This document shows, in pieces, positions 20,301-30,869 of a stretch of DNA of 64,000 nucleotides. This stretch comes from an uncultured Butyrivibrio sp. (lineage in GTDB: Bacteria; Bacillota; Clostridia; Lachnospirales; Lachnospiraceae): assembly GCA_946536145.1 (NCBI GenBank), contig CAMNEA010000005.1, forward strand, positions 16,998 through 80,997, in the 5' to 3' direction. The notes below the pieces were generated by a model. It did not search any database. It was not told the origin of the DNA and saw nothing but the letters and a program-made list of their open reading frames with translations. Every line of letters begins with the position of its first letter. The stretch's first letter is position 1. The position numbers and the translations under genes were made by a program.

Positions 20301-20312
20301 AGATCAATAATT

Positions 20313-20342
20313 GGGGGATGCAGTAACGCGGCATCCCTTTTT
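20313..20342 (+). terminator. Rho-independent terminator
   Basis: GGGATGC-N9-GCATCCC stem followed by TTTTT. Confidence 0.6.
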
Positions 20343-20375
20343 GGCATTAATGAAGAAAGGCTTGGAAATAATAGT

Positions 20376-22199
20376 TTGATAAGGGAGAAAAGGACAGACA
20401 AATATTATTATATGGTTTGCTTTGCCATATCTTTTCTTCTCAGGATCCTGTGGTTTTTTGCTCAGAAAAAGATGCTCTGCATCAGGGATGAAGTGGGTTT
20501 TTTAGTCGTGCCGGCAACGCTCGGAGGCAATGACTGGTCGGGGATGATAGATGTTGCTGGATACTACGGATTTGGCTATTCCGTAATATTCACACCGCTT
20601 TATATGCTGACTAGGAATCCTTTTGTTCTCTATTGGTCGATGATGACGATAGGGGCCATTATCCTTGCGATCGCAAGCTGCGTTATTTATAAGATATCTG
20701 TGTCATACATGGACATTCCGCAGGTCCCTGCAGTTTGTTTTGCGACAGCCATAGTGTATCTTGCGGATGCCCAGATGAGATATCTGGATAATGAACCCAT
20801 GATAACACTGGTGATCTGGGCAATGATTCTTGTTTTTATGAAGCTTTTTCATGAAGAAAACAGGGCAAAGCAGTATGTGCTTTCCTTTGTGATGGCAGCA
20901 CTTATGCTATATGCCCTTATCATCCACAACAGGCTTCTGGTGGCAGTTGTCTGCATGGTGATCGCTATTGTACTTTGTTTTGTGATCTTTAAAAAGCTGA
21001 TCATTCCGGTTCCGATAATTGCAGGCGCAGGTGTTGTGGCTGCAATTATTGAAAAGCTGTTTATTCCATACATGGAGAATAACTACTGGGATGCTGCTTC
21101 CAGGGACGGCGTGGTCAACTCGGTAGGAACTACCACAACTGGCATGTTTGCGGCCTTGAATTCACTTTTTGATATTGGTTTTATAAATGCGATTTTCAGA
21201 CTAATCGTTGGGAATCTTTTTGCTTCATCGTTCTATTCCTGCGGCATTTTTATTTTTGCCCTTTTCTTTTTGATAAGCCAGCTGATCCGTCTGGTGAAGG
21301 ATAGGACAAATGACTTGGGATCTGATAGGACTGATGACAATCTTGTTCTGATGGATATTTTTATGTGGCCTGCTTTTGCAATAACCATGGCGGGAATGAT
21401 CATGCTGTGGGCATCCGGTGTCAAGCACGGACTTGAGCAGGGCGCAGGAGTTTATGAGTACGGATATAAAGCTTTTTATTATCTGCGCTATTATGCAGTA
21501 TACCTCTCGCTGATAATATATGCTGCTCTTGTAAGGCTCTATCACAGGAGACAATATTTTGATAAATACCTGGCAGGCAGATACATTATTGTGATATTGG
21601 TAGTTTATAGCGCTTTTCAGAAGCTTATAGTTCCGTATCTTATTGGAACATATAATGGCCTTTTTGCGTTTGCAAGTTATGGCTTATATTCAGCTGATCA
21701 GGAAGTGACAGAATCCGGGTTATATATCTGGATACATATTCTGTCTGTGGCGATAGCACTTTTGGCTTTGAAACTTGTTAAATCGGGTATTTCAAAGAAC
21801 ATCGTCGTGCTTTCCCTGATCCTTTTGCTGTTCAACTACCAGAGGGGCTGGTATAACTCGGCAGTTATAACAGACAGTTATTCAGATCTGGGTGATGGCG
21901 GATACAGGACTTTCAGGTATCTGGAAACTGAAAGAGAATTTGATAAAAGTATATATGTTGTTTCCACGAATACGCACAGAATGGCAGCATATCAGCTACA
22001 TCTGGTCGATTATAAGATAATACCGACAGAAGAGTTTCCACTTGATCTGAAGCGTGGGTTTGTAGTGACTAAAAATTCTGCCCAGAAATCGCTCAGAGAA
22101 AGTGAAGGCTTTACGATGTACAAGATGGATGACAATGAGTACTTGTGGGTAAAGGGGTATGAATTTTCCGATGCTCTTTATGGGTTTCTGGGTATGTAG
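20376..22199 (+). CDS. GT-C-like polytopic membrane protein
   Basis: First loop RDE...YYGFGYS, later DNEP; more than 12 TM segments; follows a polyprenol-P GT2. Confidence 0.6.
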   Translation: MIREKRTDKYYYMVCFAISFLLRILWFFAQKKMLCIRDEVGFLVVPATLGGNDWSGMIDVAGYYGFGYSVIFTPLYMLTRNPFVLYWSMMTIGAIILAIASCVIYKISVSYMDIPQVPAVCFATAIVYLADAQMRYLDNEPMITLVIWAMILVFMKLFHEENRAKQYVLSFVMAALMLYALIIHNRLLVAVVCMVIAIVLCFVIFKKLIIPVPIIAGAGVVAAIIEKLFIPYMENNYWDAASRDGVVNSVGTTTTGMFAALNSLFDIGFINAIFRLIVGNLFASSFYSCGIFIFALFFLISQLIRLVKDRTNDLGSDRTDDNLVLMDIFMWPAFAITMAGMIMLWASGVKHGLEQGAGVYEYGYKAFYYLRYYAVYLSLIIYAALVRLYHRRQYFDKYLAGRYIIVILVVYSAFQKLIVPYLIGTYNGLFAFASYGLYSADQEVTESGLYIWIHILSVAIALLALKLVKSGISKNIVVLSLILLLFNYQRGWYNSAVITDSYSDLGDGGYRTFRYLETEREFDKSIYVVSTNTHRMAAYQLHLVDYKIIPTEEFPLDLKRGFVVTKNSAQKSLRESEGFTMYKMDDNEYLWVKGYEFSDALYGFLGM

Positions 22200-22207
22200 G
22201 GAGGAAG

Positions 22208-23788
22208 ATGATTTTGGAAAAGAAATTTGATTTGGATAAAATAATACCTAAGATAAACCCTCCAAGCCCGGAGGGGGCAGATATACAGGTCGATTATATT
22301 TTCAGGGCGCTTATCGTGGCTTTTCCGTTTTTTATTAACCAGACGAGGGAGATAATGTTTATCACAGGCAAAGACCTCCTTCTTGGGATAGCTGCTCTTC
22401 TGGCAGGGCTTTGTTGCGTCTGCCGATTTGTCCTTACAGACAAACTTAGGATTCGCTTTGGAAACAGGATCAGGATGGTCGAAGCAGCTGCGGCAGTTGC
22501 TGTGATCGTTCTCTTTGCTGTTCAGCTGGCACTTAGAAATGATGAGATTTCCCACACGTTTTTATATATAGTGTGCATCGTACTTGCACTCAGCTCAGCC
22601 TTTGCAGGAGTTGCCAACAGGTACTATCTTCAGCTTTTTGCAGGTGTGTGCACCGTGTTTTATATAAGTTCGTTCAGATTCCTGACCAGGAATATTGCGA
22701 CGATAGTTAAGGCAGAGAGGCTTTTGGGTGCGCCGGGGCTATTTATTCCTTTTCTTATGCTGGGGATTCTTGTGGGCGGCATTCTATACCTTACTGAAGA
22801 GAATTCCAAGGTGGAAAAGTATTACCTGTTTTATACTTCCGCAGGGATGATACTCTTTTTCCTTTACGGAGACTCAAGGGCTTTCTGGACACTGTTCCTG
22901 GTAATTGCAGGTCTGTATTTTGTTGGAGATGGTAGCGCCCGTTTTTTCAAGAAGAGCCTTATACTAACGTTCCTCTATGCCTTCTGCGCATCCAATACGC
23001 CGCTTCTTTCCTACTTCAAGCTGCCCGGACTAAACAGAAGTTATAATCTTGAACCCAGTATTTATATTGATATCGCAATGGCGATAGCGGGACTCTTCTT
23101 TACAAGATATTTTGAGATGACAGCTAAAGAGGATTTTAAGGATAAGGACTGCAAGATTTTGATGAAATGGTACGGCAGGATAATCGCTTTTACACCGGCT
23201 GTGTTTCTGCTCATATATTTTTGGCAATTGTTTTATCCGGTTCTTAAAAAGCCTTTAAAAAAGAGAAAATGGTCTAAGGCGGTTAATGCGATCAATCAGG
23301 TTGTCGAAGGCCAGGGCGGAGAATACTGGCACTTGACAAATGTATATAAAATTGTTGGGACTATGATAGTTTTGGCTCTTATAGCAATTCTTGCGTATGA
23401 GTTATACAAACGATATAAAGAGTGTACTGATTCTTCTATTAGAAGAGGATATCTCATGATTCCGGTGTTGTTTGCGGTGCTTGGCCTATTTTATCCTGCA
23501 TCATCGACCTACCTGCCATTCTATGCGATCTTCTCGGGACTTGCATTCACAGGTGGAGGAAAAGCAGGGGAGATAGCACCGGTTGGTATTAAGGATTCTG
23601 AAGAAGGAATATATATACCAAAGCTTGATACTCGTGTTAGAGTGTTTACCGCCCTGGCAGCGTCGATCATTGCAGCAATTATGATGGTTCTGGTGATAGT
23701 CGGTATATATAGGATAATGATGCCGGCTGACAGCTCGACGGGAATAGGTTCATTGGTTCAGATTGCAATAGGTAAAACTGAAAATTAG
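22208..23788 (+). CDS. Polytopic membrane protein of unknown function (possibly ligase/polymerase-like)
   Basis: 526 aa with many TM segments; GGAGG RBS. Confidence 0.6.
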   Translation: MILEKKFDLDKIIPKINPPSPEGADIQVDYIFRALIVAFPFFINQTREIMFITGKDLLLGIAALLAGLCCVCRFVLTDKLRIRFGNRIRMVEAAAAVAVIVLFAVQLALRNDEISHTFLYIVCIVLALSSAFAGVANRYYLQLFAGVCTVFYISSFRFLTRNIATIVKAERLLGAPGLFIPFLMLGILVGGILYLTEENSKVEKYYLFYTSAGMILFFLYGDSRAFWTLFLVIAGLYFVGDGSARFFKKSLILTFLYAFCASNTPLLSYFKLPGLNRSYNLEPSIYIDIAMAIAGLFFTRYFEMTAKEDFKDKDCKILMKWYGRIIAFTPAVFLLIYFWQLFYPVLKKPLKKRKWSKAVNAINQVVEGQGGEYWHLTNVYKIVGTMIVLALIAILAYELYKRYKECTDSSIRRGYLMIPVLFAVLGLFYPASSTYLPFYAIFSGLAFTGGGKAGEIAPVGIKDSEEGIYIPKLDTRVRVFTALAASIIAAIMMVLVIVGIYRIMMPADSSTGIGSLVQIAIGKTEN

Positions 23789-23809
23789 TATTTGGAATTG
23801 GGATTAACT

Positions 23810-25258
23810 ATGAAAAGAGATATAAAAGAGTATTTGAAATACGGGCTGCTTCTGCTGGTCTTCCTCGTTGTACTTATAGGAGGACTAAGAATCGCTTTCA
23901 GAAAATATACAATATCACTTGACCTGGGGGACGGAAGTGCTATTCTCACAGAATATTACAGTCTTGGGACCGGAGACATCTCGCTTGGCAGACCGGAACG
24001 TAAGGGATACAGGTTCACCGGGTGGACGGGCTCTAACGGCTCTGAGAAGCAGCTCGATGTCGCTATAAGCAAAGTATCACTGGGTGACAGGCATTATAAG
24101 GCTCATTGGAGTAAGAAACTCAATGTGACATGTCAGGACTGGGTGATTGATGCAAAAGGAAATCTTGTTGCTGATATTTCGGGAGTTGTAGACGAATATC
24201 TCAATGCGGGCAACAGCAGCCAGGATTTTGAATATAAGGAGAGGACAATACAGGTTAAGGCCGGAACGAAAGTGAATCCTGCTGATTGGGGCAAGTCCAA
24301 GAAGTACAAGGCATATTCAGACAGATATGTCTATGTGGGCAATTCCGGGAAAATAAAAGTTGAAGAAGACAATACGATTATCTACAGATATTTTTATCCT
24401 ATCATGAACATTAATTTCCTGGTAGATGGAGCTAAGCCGTCCAAACAGGATATAAATGAGCGGGATATCGCAAGGTTTAATCTGTATCTTGATGGTGAGA
24501 AAGTCGCTTCAGATGTCTATGACTACTATAAAGGCATACCTGCAGGGACGTGGTACTATATTGAACCGGTATGGGTATCAGCTGAATATCAGTATAACAG
24601 GGGCCAGATCGAGCATGGACAGCTTGGAGGTGACCGTGCCATTGTGGCTATTCCTTTTACTACAAGGACAGGGGAACTTACTGCGACCTGCAAGGATTAC
24701 ATTGCTAACGCAGAAGGCAAAAGAGTCCAGGAAATTACTAAAGAAGTAGATGCATTTTTGAGGCTTGGCAAGAGTGAAAAGAAATATGCTGTCAAAGAGA
24801 GAAAAATAGAAGTCAATGAAAAGGATGTGATAAACGGAGAAATGTGGGGGAATGATACGTCCGTAAAAGCTTATCACAACCAGTACTGTTATGCGGGATC
24901 ATCCGGGGATGTAGAAGTTAAAGAAAGAGATGTTGCAGTTTATAGATATTTTTATCCATTGCTCGACATAAGAGTGACAATTGACGGTGTTGTAGCGCAG
25001 GAAGACCAGGAACAGTTTACCTTTGATGTCTATGCAGACGATGAGCCAATTGCCACGAAGGTATCAGCATTTAAAGGCGGAATCCCCTATGGCTCGACCT
25101 ATGAGATCAGAAATATTGTTACAGCAGATGGGCTTACTTATGTGCCTGATGAAAGCAATTCCGGCATCATGGGAGTAGTGCCCAAGACTCTTAGACTTAA
25201 CTTTGTGACGGGAGAGATTCCTGAAGAAGACCCTGAAACAGAAGAAAATGAACAATAA
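23810..25258 (+). CDS. Membrane-anchored surface protein with an InlB B-repeat-like segment and a tandem internal duplication
   Basis: N-terminal TM, PERKGYRFTGWTGSNG...YKAHW, then two related ~185-aa units. Confidence 0.7.
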   Translation: MKRDIKEYLKYGLLLLVFLVVLIGGLRIAFRKYTISLDLGDGSAILTEYYSLGTGDISLGRPERKGYRFTGWTGSNGSEKQLDVAISKVSLGDRHYKAHWSKKLNVTCQDWVIDAKGNLVADISGVVDEYLNAGNSSQDFEYKERTIQVKAGTKVNPADWGKSKKYKAYSDRYVYVGNSGKIKVEEDNTIIYRYFYPIMNINFLVDGAKPSKQDINERDIARFNLYLDGEKVASDVYDYYKGIPAGTWYYIEPVWVSAEYQYNRGQIEHGQLGGDRAIVAIPFTTRTGELTATCKDYIANAEGKRVQEITKEVDAFLRLGKSEKKYAVKERKIEVNEKDVINGEMWGNDTSVKAYHNQYCYAGSSGDVEVKERDVAVYRYFYPLLDIRVTIDGVVAQEDQEQFTFDVYADDEPIATKVSAFKGGIPYGSTYEIRNIVTADGLTYVPDESNSGIMGVVPKTLRLNFVTGEIPEEDPETEENEQ

Positions 25259-25293
25259 ATATCCATTCGTGGCAAGCATCGTAGGCGGAGATT

Positions 25294-26406
25294 ATGGCGA
25301 TATCAAAAAATAGAAAATTGTATCTTGAGGCGATACGTATTTTCGCGACATTTTTTGTCGTGTATACACATACAGGGAAAAGGGCATATTTCTTATTTGC
25401 TTCATACTCTCCAACCGATGATGGATTTAAGTTTTGGGGATATCTGTTCATTACCATTTTCTGCAAAGTAGCGGTACCTTTGTTTTTGGCAATCTCAGGT
25501 GCTTTGCTGTTTTCAAAGGATGAACCTTTAATAAAAACATATAAAAGAGCCCTGAGGTTTTTGGTCATACTGGTATTGGTTTCTCTGATATATTATATGG
25601 AGGAGCTTAATTTTGATATTGAAGAGTTTTCTTTGATTACATTTCTTTTGAAATTATATACAGATAGCATAAGGTATCATCTTTGGTATTTGTATACTTA
25701 TATCGGCTTTATACTTGCTGTGCCGTTTATTAAGCATATAGCAAGGAATCTATCGGATAAAACCTTTATATATCTGTTGGGATTGTTCTTGGCGCTTGGG
25801 TGCCTTAGACCTTCGATTGAGTATATATTTGGTATGCCTGCACTTACTTCAAATGTTGGATACGGATGGATAAGCAAGAACATAATAGTTTATCCGGTTG
25901 TGGGTTATTATCTGGCTAACAGAGCTGATATAAGTAAACTAAAAAAATATATACCGGTTGCATGGGTGTTTTGTATTTTTGGTATTGCATTTTCAGAATA
26001 CTTAACATATCTTGTTGGAACGTCCAAAGGCGAATTTACAGAGAGTTCTTCGCAGACATTTGTTAAGACTTTTTCATTTCTTACGCTCATAGCAGTATTT
26101 ATAACATTCAGGGTGATATTTGAGAATATCGAAGAACAGAATCATAGATTCAGTTCATTGAATTCTAAACTTATCGTATTCCTAGCAAAAAACACTTTCA
26201 TTGTATACCTGGTACATCCGCTTGTTATGAGCAGAAGCGGTATGACAAAGGTACATGAACGTCTTATCAGCCATGGAGTCAATGATATGCTGGCAGGGCT
26301 GATGTACACACTTTTGATATGCCTAATTTCTAACCTGATAGCATGTATCATAAAATTGCTTGAAGAAGGTGCGCACAGGTTAAGTAGATGCATGATAAAC
26401 CAATGA
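25294..26406 (+). CDS. Acyltransferase family 3
   Basis: YLEAIRIFA..VVYTH, AVPLFLAISG, HLWYLY, TFIVYLVH. Confidence 0.85.
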   Translation: MAISKNRKLYLEAIRIFATFFVVYTHTGKRAYFLFASYSPTDDGFKFWGYLFITIFCKVAVPLFLAISGALLFSKDEPLIKTYKRALRFLVILVLVSLIYYMEELNFDIEEFSLITFLLKLYTDSIRYHLWYLYTYIGFILAVPFIKHIARNLSDKTFIYLLGLFLALGCLRPSIEYIFGMPALTSNVGYGWISKNIIVYPVVGYYLANRADISKLKKYIPVAWVFCIFGIAFSEYLTYLVGTSKGEFTESSSQTFVKTFSFLTLIAVFITFRVIFENIEEQNHRFSSLNSKLIVFLAKNTFIVYLVHPLVMSRSGMTKVHERLISHGVNDMLAGLMYTLLICLISNLIACIIKLLEEGAHRLSRCMINQ

Positions 26407-26418
26407 AATACGTGGGAG

Positions 26419-28119
26419 ATGTCAAAAACAAATAATATGTATATAGGAAATAGAAAAACACTGGCCATTCTGGATGTTGGTGCAATGTGCATATCTTTCA
26501 CTTGTGCGATAGGGATCAGGTACGTTGTTCTTTTGCCAAGACTTGGCAGCAAACTTATTATAACTTCATATGCACTTTACTTCATATATGCTGTAGTGAT
26601 ATATGTACTGGCATTTTTGTTTATTAATGAGCCTAGAATTGAACAGCAGTCGTACAGGGAGATAGTTGTCAGAACGGTTGAACGGCATATCATATTCTTT
26701 GCGGCATATATTATGTTCTTTTTTATCTTCAGGCAGGAGTTTGCCATTTCAAGGGTTGTTGTTGCGATTTTCTTCACAGGAAATGTCATACTCTGTTCTT
26801 TGTTCAGAATCCTTTACCACAATTATTTAATTGCCATGCGGAAAAAGGCAGAGGAGATTGACATATCCGGAGACGGATACGGTTTGGGAGATAATAATGA
26901 GGATGATGGCAGCATTCGACATGTATACATCATTGGAAGTAAGTCCATCGGTATGTACGGAGGATATGAGTCTTTTGTTATGAATCTTCTGCAAGGGCAT
27001 GAGAATAATAAGAGAATCAAGTACCATGTGGCATGTAAAGCCAATGGACAGGGATTTATGGAGGTCGAGAAACTCCCCGGAGCTTCGAGGATCAATGACG
27101 AGGAGTTTACATACTGCAATGTCCACTGTTTCCTTATAAAGGTGCCGCAGATTGGTGCTGCGCAGGCTATATACTATGACCTTAGGGCGCTTCGGTGGGC
27201 TTGTGAGCATATAGAGAAGAACCATATTGCTAATCCTGTTGTCTATATTCTTGCTTCAAGAGTGGGGCCTTTTGAGAAGAAATTCGTAAAAAGGATTCAC
27301 GCGGCAAATGGCTATGTCTATCAGAATCCCGATGGTCACGAGGACTGGCGCAGAAAGTGGAATGTGCTGATCCGAAGGTACTGGAAACTCTCTGAGAGAT
27401 ACGCTGTCAAAAATGCTGATCTCGTCGTGTGTGACAGCAAGAATATAGAGGAGTATATTAAGGATGAGTACTCAGCATATAAGCCGAGGACTGTATTTAT
27501 CGCATATGGAGCTGATATAGTTCCATCATCTCTTTCTGATGATGATATCAGATTCAGGAACTGGATAACGGAGCACAATCTTTCAGACTCATACTATATC
27601 TCGGTGGGACGTTTTGTTGCTGAGAATAACTTTGAGATTATGATCCGTGAGTTTATGAGTAGCAATACCAAAAAAGATTTTGCGATAGTAACAACGGAAA
27701 ACCCCAAGTATGCCCAGGAACTTCAGCAGAAACTCCATTACAGACAGGATAAGAGGATCAAGTTTGTAGGTACTGTATATGACGCAGAGCTCCTTCGTAA
27801 GATCAGGGAGAGGGCTTACGGATATTTCCACGGACATGAGGTTGGTGGGACCAATCCGTCTCTTCTTGAGTCCCTTGCAAGTACCAATTTAAACCTTCTT
27901 CTGGATGTCGGCTTTAACCGTGAGGTGGCTGAGGACAGCGCGCTCTTCTGGAGCAAGGAAGAGGGGAGCCTGTCTTCTCTTATCAATCAGGCTGATAAGA
28001 TGGCACCTGAAGAGATTGAGCGTATGGGACGCAAGGCCAAAGATCGTATTTTGAACGAATACAGCTGGAAGAAGATATGCGACGAGTATGAGAGGATATT
28101 CTTGACTCGTAACTTATAG
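26419..28119 (+). CDS. WchF/Cps2T-like (DUF1972) rhamnosyltransferase fused to an N-terminal 4-TM module
   Basis: HVYIIGSK...YGGYESFV, AQAIYYD, NPDGHED, VGRFVAENN, HGHEVGGTNPSLLE. Confidence 0.85.
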   Translation: MSKTNNMYIGNRKTLAILDVGAMCISFTCAIGIRYVVLLPRLGSKLIITSYALYFIYAVVIYVLAFLFINEPRIEQQSYREIVVRTVERHIIFFAAYIMFFFIFRQEFAISRVVVAIFFTGNVILCSLFRILYHNYLIAMRKKAEEIDISGDGYGLGDNNEDDGSIRHVYIIGSKSIGMYGGYESFVMNLLQGHENNKRIKYHVACKANGQGFMEVEKLPGASRINDEEFTYCNVHCFLIKVPQIGAAQAIYYDLRALRWACEHIEKNHIANPVVYILASRVGPFEKKFVKRIHAANGYVYQNPDGHEDWRRKWNVLIRRYWKLSERYAVKNADLVVCDSKNIEEYIKDEYSAYKPRTVFIAYGADIVPSSLSDDDIRFRNWITEHNLSDSYYISVGRFVAENNFEIMIREFMSSNTKKDFAIVTTENPKYAQELQQKLHYRQDKRIKFVGTVYDAELLRKIRERAYGYFHGHEVGGTNPSLLESLASTNLNLLLDVGFNREVAEDSALFWSKEEGSLSSLINQADKMAPEEIERMGRKAKDRILNEYSWKKICDEYERIFLTRNL

Positions 28120-28133
28120 GATAACGTGACATT

Positions 28134-29255
28134 ATGAGAATCGGTATAGACGGACATATGCTTGGCGACCATTCCGGGGGGAATGAGAGCTACTACAGCA
28201 ATATACTAGCCAACATGGATACAGGCAGTGACGAGGTGATACTCTTTGTCAGCAAAAAGGCTGATGTGTCATTCCTTTCGGATAAATTCACGATTGTGAG
28301 ATTTGAGGAAGAGGGAGCATTTAAGAGGAATTTTGTTGAGATTCCCAAACTCTGTAAAAAGTATCATCTGGATGTTCTGCATATGCAGTACTTTATCCCT
28401 TTTAGACGTCCCTGCCCTGTTGTGGTGACTATCCACGACATCTGTTTTGAGCATTACAAAAATATCTTCACTAAGAAGGAATACTTCAGACAAAAGCTAC
28501 TGATTCCCTATGCAGCAAGGAAGTCAAGGGCTGTCTTTACTGTATCGGAAAATGCCAAAGAAGATATTGTAAGCAGCTATCGAATAGATTCGGAGAAGGT
28601 CTTTGTGACCTACAACGCGGTTGACTCTTCCTTCAGACGTCTTGATCCCGCAGAACTTGATGAGAGTGATCTGCGGTCAAAGTTTGATATCGGAGACTGC
28701 CCGTATATCCTCTCAGTTGGCAATCTCCAGCCAAGGAAGAACCTTCCAAGGCTCATTAGGGCTTTTCTTCGAATGCAGAAAAAGTCCGGAACAGACATCA
28801 AACTGGTCATCGTGGGCAAGAAGGCCTGGATGACGGAAGATATCATGAAGGAGGCTCTTTTGTCCAGTGACAGGGTAGTGCTGACGGATTATGTCTCTAA
28901 TGAAGATCTGGTAAGTCTCTACAATGCGGCACTCTGTTTTGTGTATCCGTCATTTTTTGAGGGCTTTGGGATACCCCCTCTCGAGGCAATGGCATGTGGA
29001 ACTCCGGTTGCGGTATCTGACAGGACATCGCTCCCCGAGGTTGTGGCAGATGCAGGAATCTATTTCGATCCCTTCTCTGAAGAGGACATAGAGAGGGCAG
29101 TAACAGAGCTTGTCACCGATCAGGAATTGAGGCACAGGCTAATAGCTCTTGGATATGAGAGGGCAAAGCATTTTAGTTGGAAGAAATCTGCAGAGATAAT
29201 AATGAAGGTGTATCATTCAGCATTGCGTAATAGAACCGGAAAAGGCAGGTTATGA
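28134..29255 (+). CDS. GT4 glycosyltransferase (mannosyltransferase-like)
   Basis: VTIHD, VGNLQPRKN, YPSFFEGFGIPPLEAMACG, FSW. Confidence 0.9.
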   Translation: MRIGIDGHMLGDHSGGNESYYSNILANMDTGSDEVILFVSKKADVSFLSDKFTIVRFEEEGAFKRNFVEIPKLCKKYHLDVLHMQYFIPFRRPCPVVVTIHDICFEHYKNIFTKKEYFRQKLLIPYAARKSRAVFTVSENAKEDIVSSYRIDSEKVFVTYNAVDSSFRRLDPAELDESDLRSKFDIGDCPYILSVGNLQPRKNLPRLIRAFLRMQKKSGTDIKLVIVGKKAWMTEDIMKEALLSSDRVVLTDYVSNEDLVSLYNAALCFVYPSFFEGFGIPPLEAMACGTPVAVSDRTSLPEVVADAGIYFDPFSEEDIERAVTELVTDQELRHRLIALGYERAKHFSWKKSAEIIMKVYHSALRNRTGKGRL

Positions 29256-30853
29256 TTATAGAAAAGACTAAGGTTTCAATCAGGGAACTTATATTTTATA
29301 TGTTTTTTGCGGTGATGTTCGGGATGCGCATGTGGGGAATCTACGAGAGTAAGCCCCTGTATGGTCCGGTTCTGGTTCTTGGCTTTTGCCTGTGGGCGGT
29401 GTCTGTCCTGATGACAGAGCACAGTATAGCCGAGTATGCAGTGATCGCGGCTTTTATGGCTGTTGCGGGAATTGTATACCTTCGGACCGGGGAGAAGGGG
29501 CTTCTTTTGTACTTCATGCTCATGCTGGGGATGAAGGGGATAGATGTAAAGACTCTCTTCAAAATCGGAGCTGCAGCCGGTCTGGCTGGGATGGCGGTTC
29601 TCACATTTCTGACATCGTTTGGATTTATAGAAGATTTCTCATATCTTCAGGGAAGGCCGCTGGTTGGCGAAGTCTTCAGAAGGTCACTTGGATTTCCGCA
29701 CCCCAATACGCTGAGTTCATCTTTTACGATCATCACGATTATGATTATGTATACTGTTGGTCACAGCGACAAGGTTCGAATGTGGAAGACATCCTTCGTG
29801 ATGATGGCAGTTGCGGTCATCATATATTTGTATTCAGGAAGCAATACCGGTCTCATGATGACTGCTGGATTTCTCGCTTTGAATATTTTCTATGCATATA
29901 GGGGAAAAGCAGGGATACCGGAGAAAGCTGTCCTCATCCTGCTGTTTCCATTTTTGTGGCTTTCTTCCTTAGTAGGTCCGGCACTGGCGAAAAAGGAGAC
30001 TATAGATCTTGTTAAGGGAATAGTCTACAACCTTGGATCAAGATGGGACGTGGGAAACTATTACTGGATAAATAATCATCTCTCGCTCTTTGGCGTCAGA
30101 CTGATCAACCCGGATAATATTCCCTATGGAATAGACCTGTCCCAGTTGTATCTCTTTCTGCAGCTTGGAGTGGTACCATTTATTCTGATCACTCTATTGT
30201 GGATTCTTCTGTTGTATGATGAGGTCAGGGAGCAGCGGATTTCCGAACTTGTGATCACATTTACGCTGCTGGTAATGGGCGTTTCGGATCCTTTCCTCTA
30301 CAACATTGGATTCAAGAATCTTGTCTTCTGCTTCATGGGGATATGGCTGTACAGGGAACTTGCGAGAGTTTCCGATGCCTCTTTTGCCGGAAGCAAGATT
30401 CAGATACTGCAGATCGGGTCGAGGAAAGTTGAAGTGCCTGTCCTTGGATTTAAGAAGGCAGATGACAGGAGAAAGTCATGGAAGAGTGCTGCGGCCCTAA
30501 TCTGCTTTGCAGTGCTTGTTGTTTTATCGGTTGTGATCTTTGTGATGAATCCTGATCCGGATTATGTGCTTGCAGACAAGAGCTACATGGAACATGCGGT
30601 AGTCAATGAATTTGATGTGGAGGGGCATACATACTCTGAAGAAGACATACAGAGAATAAAGGCTGAAGGTAACGTTGTTCTCAATTACACTGATGAGAAT
30701 GAACCGATGTACACATATTATGCTCACGAGGAAGATAAGATTGAGGGGGGATACCTTGCTCCCAATGCCGCGAGGATGGAGAGACTGCGGCTAAGCCTTG
30801 GCATTATTTTCTGGGGGACTTTGCTGATTGTTTATTTTAGGCGCATTCTGTGA
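29252..30853 (+). CDS. Wzy-like polysaccharide polymerase with an extra C-terminal extracellular loop
   Basis: RRSLGFPHPN, SGSNTG, ID.S..Y...QLG; many TM segments. Confidence 0.65.
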   Translation: MIIEKTKVSIRELIFYMFFAVMFGMRMWGIYESKPLYGPVLVLGFCLWAVSVLMTEHSIAEYAVIAAFMAVAGIVYLRTGEKGLLLYFMLMLGMKGIDVKTLFKIGAAAGLAGMAVLTFLTSFGFIEDFSYLQGRPLVGEVFRRSLGFPHPNTLSSSFTIITIMIMYTVGHSDKVRMWKTSFVMMAVAVIIYLYSGSNTGLMMTAGFLALNIFYAYRGKAGIPEKAVLILLFPFLWLSSLVGPALAKKETIDLVKGIVYNLGSRWDVGNYYWINNHLSLFGVRLINPDNIPYGIDLSQLYLFLQLGVVPFILITLLWILLLYDEVREQRISELVITFTLLVMGVSDPFLYNIGFKNLVFCFMGIWLYRELARVSDASFAGSKIQILQIGSRKVEVPVLGFKKADDRRKSWKSAAALICFAVLVVLSVVIFVMNPDPDYVLADKSYMEHAVVNEFDVEGHTYSEEDIQRIKAEGNVVLNYTDENEPMYTYYAHEEDKIEGGYLAPNAARMERLRLSLGIIFWGTLLIVYFRRIL

Positions 30854-30869
30854 TAGAATACCCATAACT

